From positions 64,001 through 128,000 of IMG/VR virus record IMGVR_UViG_3300012039_000002: DNA of 64,000 nt. The stretch is one strand, 5' to 3'. Source of the DNA: a virus. The position numbers and the translations under genes are program-made. This document shows, piece by piece, positions 62,433-64,000 of the stretch. The number at the start of each line of letters is the position of its first letter. The first letter of the stretch is position 1. Under the pieces are notes generated by a model, which saw only the letters and a program-made list of their open reading frames with translations, was not told where the DNA came from and made no database searches.

Positions 62433-64000
62433 ATGCCAGGGTTTGTAAGGACAAAGAAAGATGAAACGAAATGGTCCCGGGCTAAGGGAGCTGCTGGTGA
62501 AAAGGGCGGCGAGACTAAGTGGGCTCTGGCTAATTACATATTCCATAGAATGAAAAGTCTTGGGATAGATCTTGAAAAGTGCGTCGTTGAAAAGAGTAGC
62601 AACACAGGGATGCAGCAGTATTCTTCAGTTGTGTTCCAGACGCCTGGTAAGATAGGAGAACACGAACTAGAGAATGAGAAGCTTGACTTCCCATCTACTG
62701 GCAAGGCTCTCGATTTGACTAGGGTTATCCCTCCAGAATTTCCTTCAACGCCTGAGACAGGCAAGCCAATTGCTGCTGCATTTGGTTCTCCTGGTCGGCC
62801 AAACGAAAAGAGCTGGAACGGTCCTGACACTCAGCGCAAGGGCTCTGATTTTCCTAACGCTGATGTGCAAGAGTTTGCTAAGAAATCCTTCACAATGGCT
62901 GGTCGTAGAGTCAAAATAGTCAAGGGCGGAGATGAAGGCAGTCGTAACGGCAACTTGGGCGGCTATCCAATTGATGCTACGGAAGATGTCGAAAAGCGCC
63001 GGGCTTTCATAGCCAATGAGAAGATGAAAGAGAAGATGAAGGTGCATGAAGACAACAAGAAGTATTCTGGCAATAGCACCTTCCAGATCTCTACAGGTCC
63101 TGATGCTTATTTGGGTAGAAGCTCTAAGCTTATTCTCATGAAGGGCAAGGAACGAATAGGCGAATACACTGTTACATCTCCTGATAAGACCAAAGTGTAT
63201 AAGCGCGCACCAATTGATCCAAACAAGCCACATGGCATCAATCTGATTCATTATTCTGCCGAGGCTCTTCGTAAGAAAGAGGAAAGAGCAAAGCGTAAAG
63301 TGTCTAAGGGCTCAGCGCTTGGTCAGATTATTCAGCAATGGTATACGCAAAATCAGCCACTCGACGCCAGTCTAAAGCCTCTTCTTGGCTTTCTTATAAA
63401 GAAGGACGACAAGAAAAAGGAAGAGACTGAAAAGGGCATGTCTTCTGAAGAAGTGCATAAGAAGATTAGGGAAACCACAAAGAAAGAGGGCGGCCCAAGG
63501 ATCAAGCCTATTAAGAAGCCTGATCTGGGTCCTGACGGTCTTCCTGAAGACTATCAATCGCACGATCCTGATTTTTCTAAGTGGGCTACAGAATTCAACG
63601 CTAAGAAGTCACACGTCAACCCTATTGATGGTGGCATTGGTGACGAATTAGAATATAAAGACGTTGACCAGAAAGAACTTGAAGCAGGAATAGAAGTTGA
63701 GCAAGAACACGTTGGCAACGATCCTAATATCGACGATGATGAAAAGAAGGTTCGTGGAGCTGATATTGCTATGGATCACTTGAAAGAGGATCCTAACTAC
63801 TATACTCACTTGCAGGAAATGGAAAGAAGCGCCAAAGAAGAGAACAAATCAGAAACTCAAAAGAAGAAGCTTCTTGCAGTGGACGAAGCAACAAAGTCTA
63901 TTCCTAGACAAAGAAAGCTAGAAGACACTGTTGCTAGTGCCGAAAAAATGGTGGGTATTAGAGAGGAAACAGGCGCCAGTCCCGGAGAGCTAAAGACTAC
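62433..64000 (+). CDS. Large charged multidomain protein with a DUF5661-like domain, truncated at window end; missing from ORF track
   Basis: AGGAG RBS, ATG 62433, open to the edge: MPGFVRTKKDETKWSRAK...WALANYIFHRMKS...ELEAGIEVEQEH...DIAMDHLKEDPNYYTHL. Confidence 0.75.
   Translation, partial: MPGFVRTKKDETKWSRAKGAAGEKGGETKWALANYIFHRMKSLGIDLEKCVVEKSSNTGMQQYSSVVFQTPGKIGEHELENEKLDFPSTGKALDLTRVIPPEFPSTPETGKPIAAAFGSPGRPNEKSWNGPDTQRKGSDFPNADVQEFAKKSFTMAGRRVKIVKGGDEGSRNGNLGGYPIDATEDVEKRRAFIANEKMKEKMKVHEDNKKYSGNSTFQISTGPDAYLGRSSKLILMKGKERIGEYTVTSPDKTKVYKRAPIDPNKPHGINLIHYSAEALRKKEERAKRKVSKGSALGQIIQQWYTQNQPLDASLKPLLGFLIKKDDKKKEETEKGMSSEEVHKKIRETTKKEGGPRIKPIKKPDLGPDGLPEDYQSHDPDFSKWATEFNAKKSHVNPIDGGIGDELEYKDVDQKELEAGIEVEQEHVGNDPNIDDDEKKVRGADIAMDHLKEDPNYYTHLQEMERSAKEENKSETQKKKLLAVDEATKSIPRQRKLEDTVASAEKMVGIREETGASPGELKT

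Noticed and set aside
1-64000. Stop-codon reassignment, tRNA genes or integrase
   Set aside because: Genes are full-length in code 11 with TAA, TAG and TGA all used as stops; I saw no tRNA-like or integrase sequence, though a covariance search was not run.

Overview
This window is the late (virion) region of a large contractile-tailed dsDNA phage, read in the standard genetic code. Its head, neck and tail proteins resemble SPO1/Twort-type (Herelleviridae-like) myoviruses. A packaging module on the minus strand (terminase small subunit, Vsr-like endonuclease, terminase large subunit, and a portal truncated at the window edge) diverges from a long plus-strand run. That run encodes prohead protease, scaffold, major capsid, neck, sheath, tube, a frameshifted chaperone, tape measure, baseplate, fibres and accessory genes. 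Four features stand out. (1) Five proteins are built from hundreds of Ser-Gly-Tyr-Ser-Gly repeats, and the fibre block is followed by a B12-binding radical SAM enzyme, a triple-GT2 glycosyltransferase and a split GT9; this is a candidate virion surface-modification (glycan coat) system. (2) A membrane-anchored protein with two CxxCH motifs (c-type cytochrome) is translationally coupled to the neck genes. (3) Two charged proteins carry a repeated KS-(10-11 aa)-K[S/A] spacer between variable peptides and look like capsid-packaged polyproteins processed by the head protease. (4) A cluster of possible ejected proteins sits at the right end (Rnl1-type RNA ligase, zincin, DUF5661-like protein). All family assignments come from reading motifs by eye; no database searches were run.
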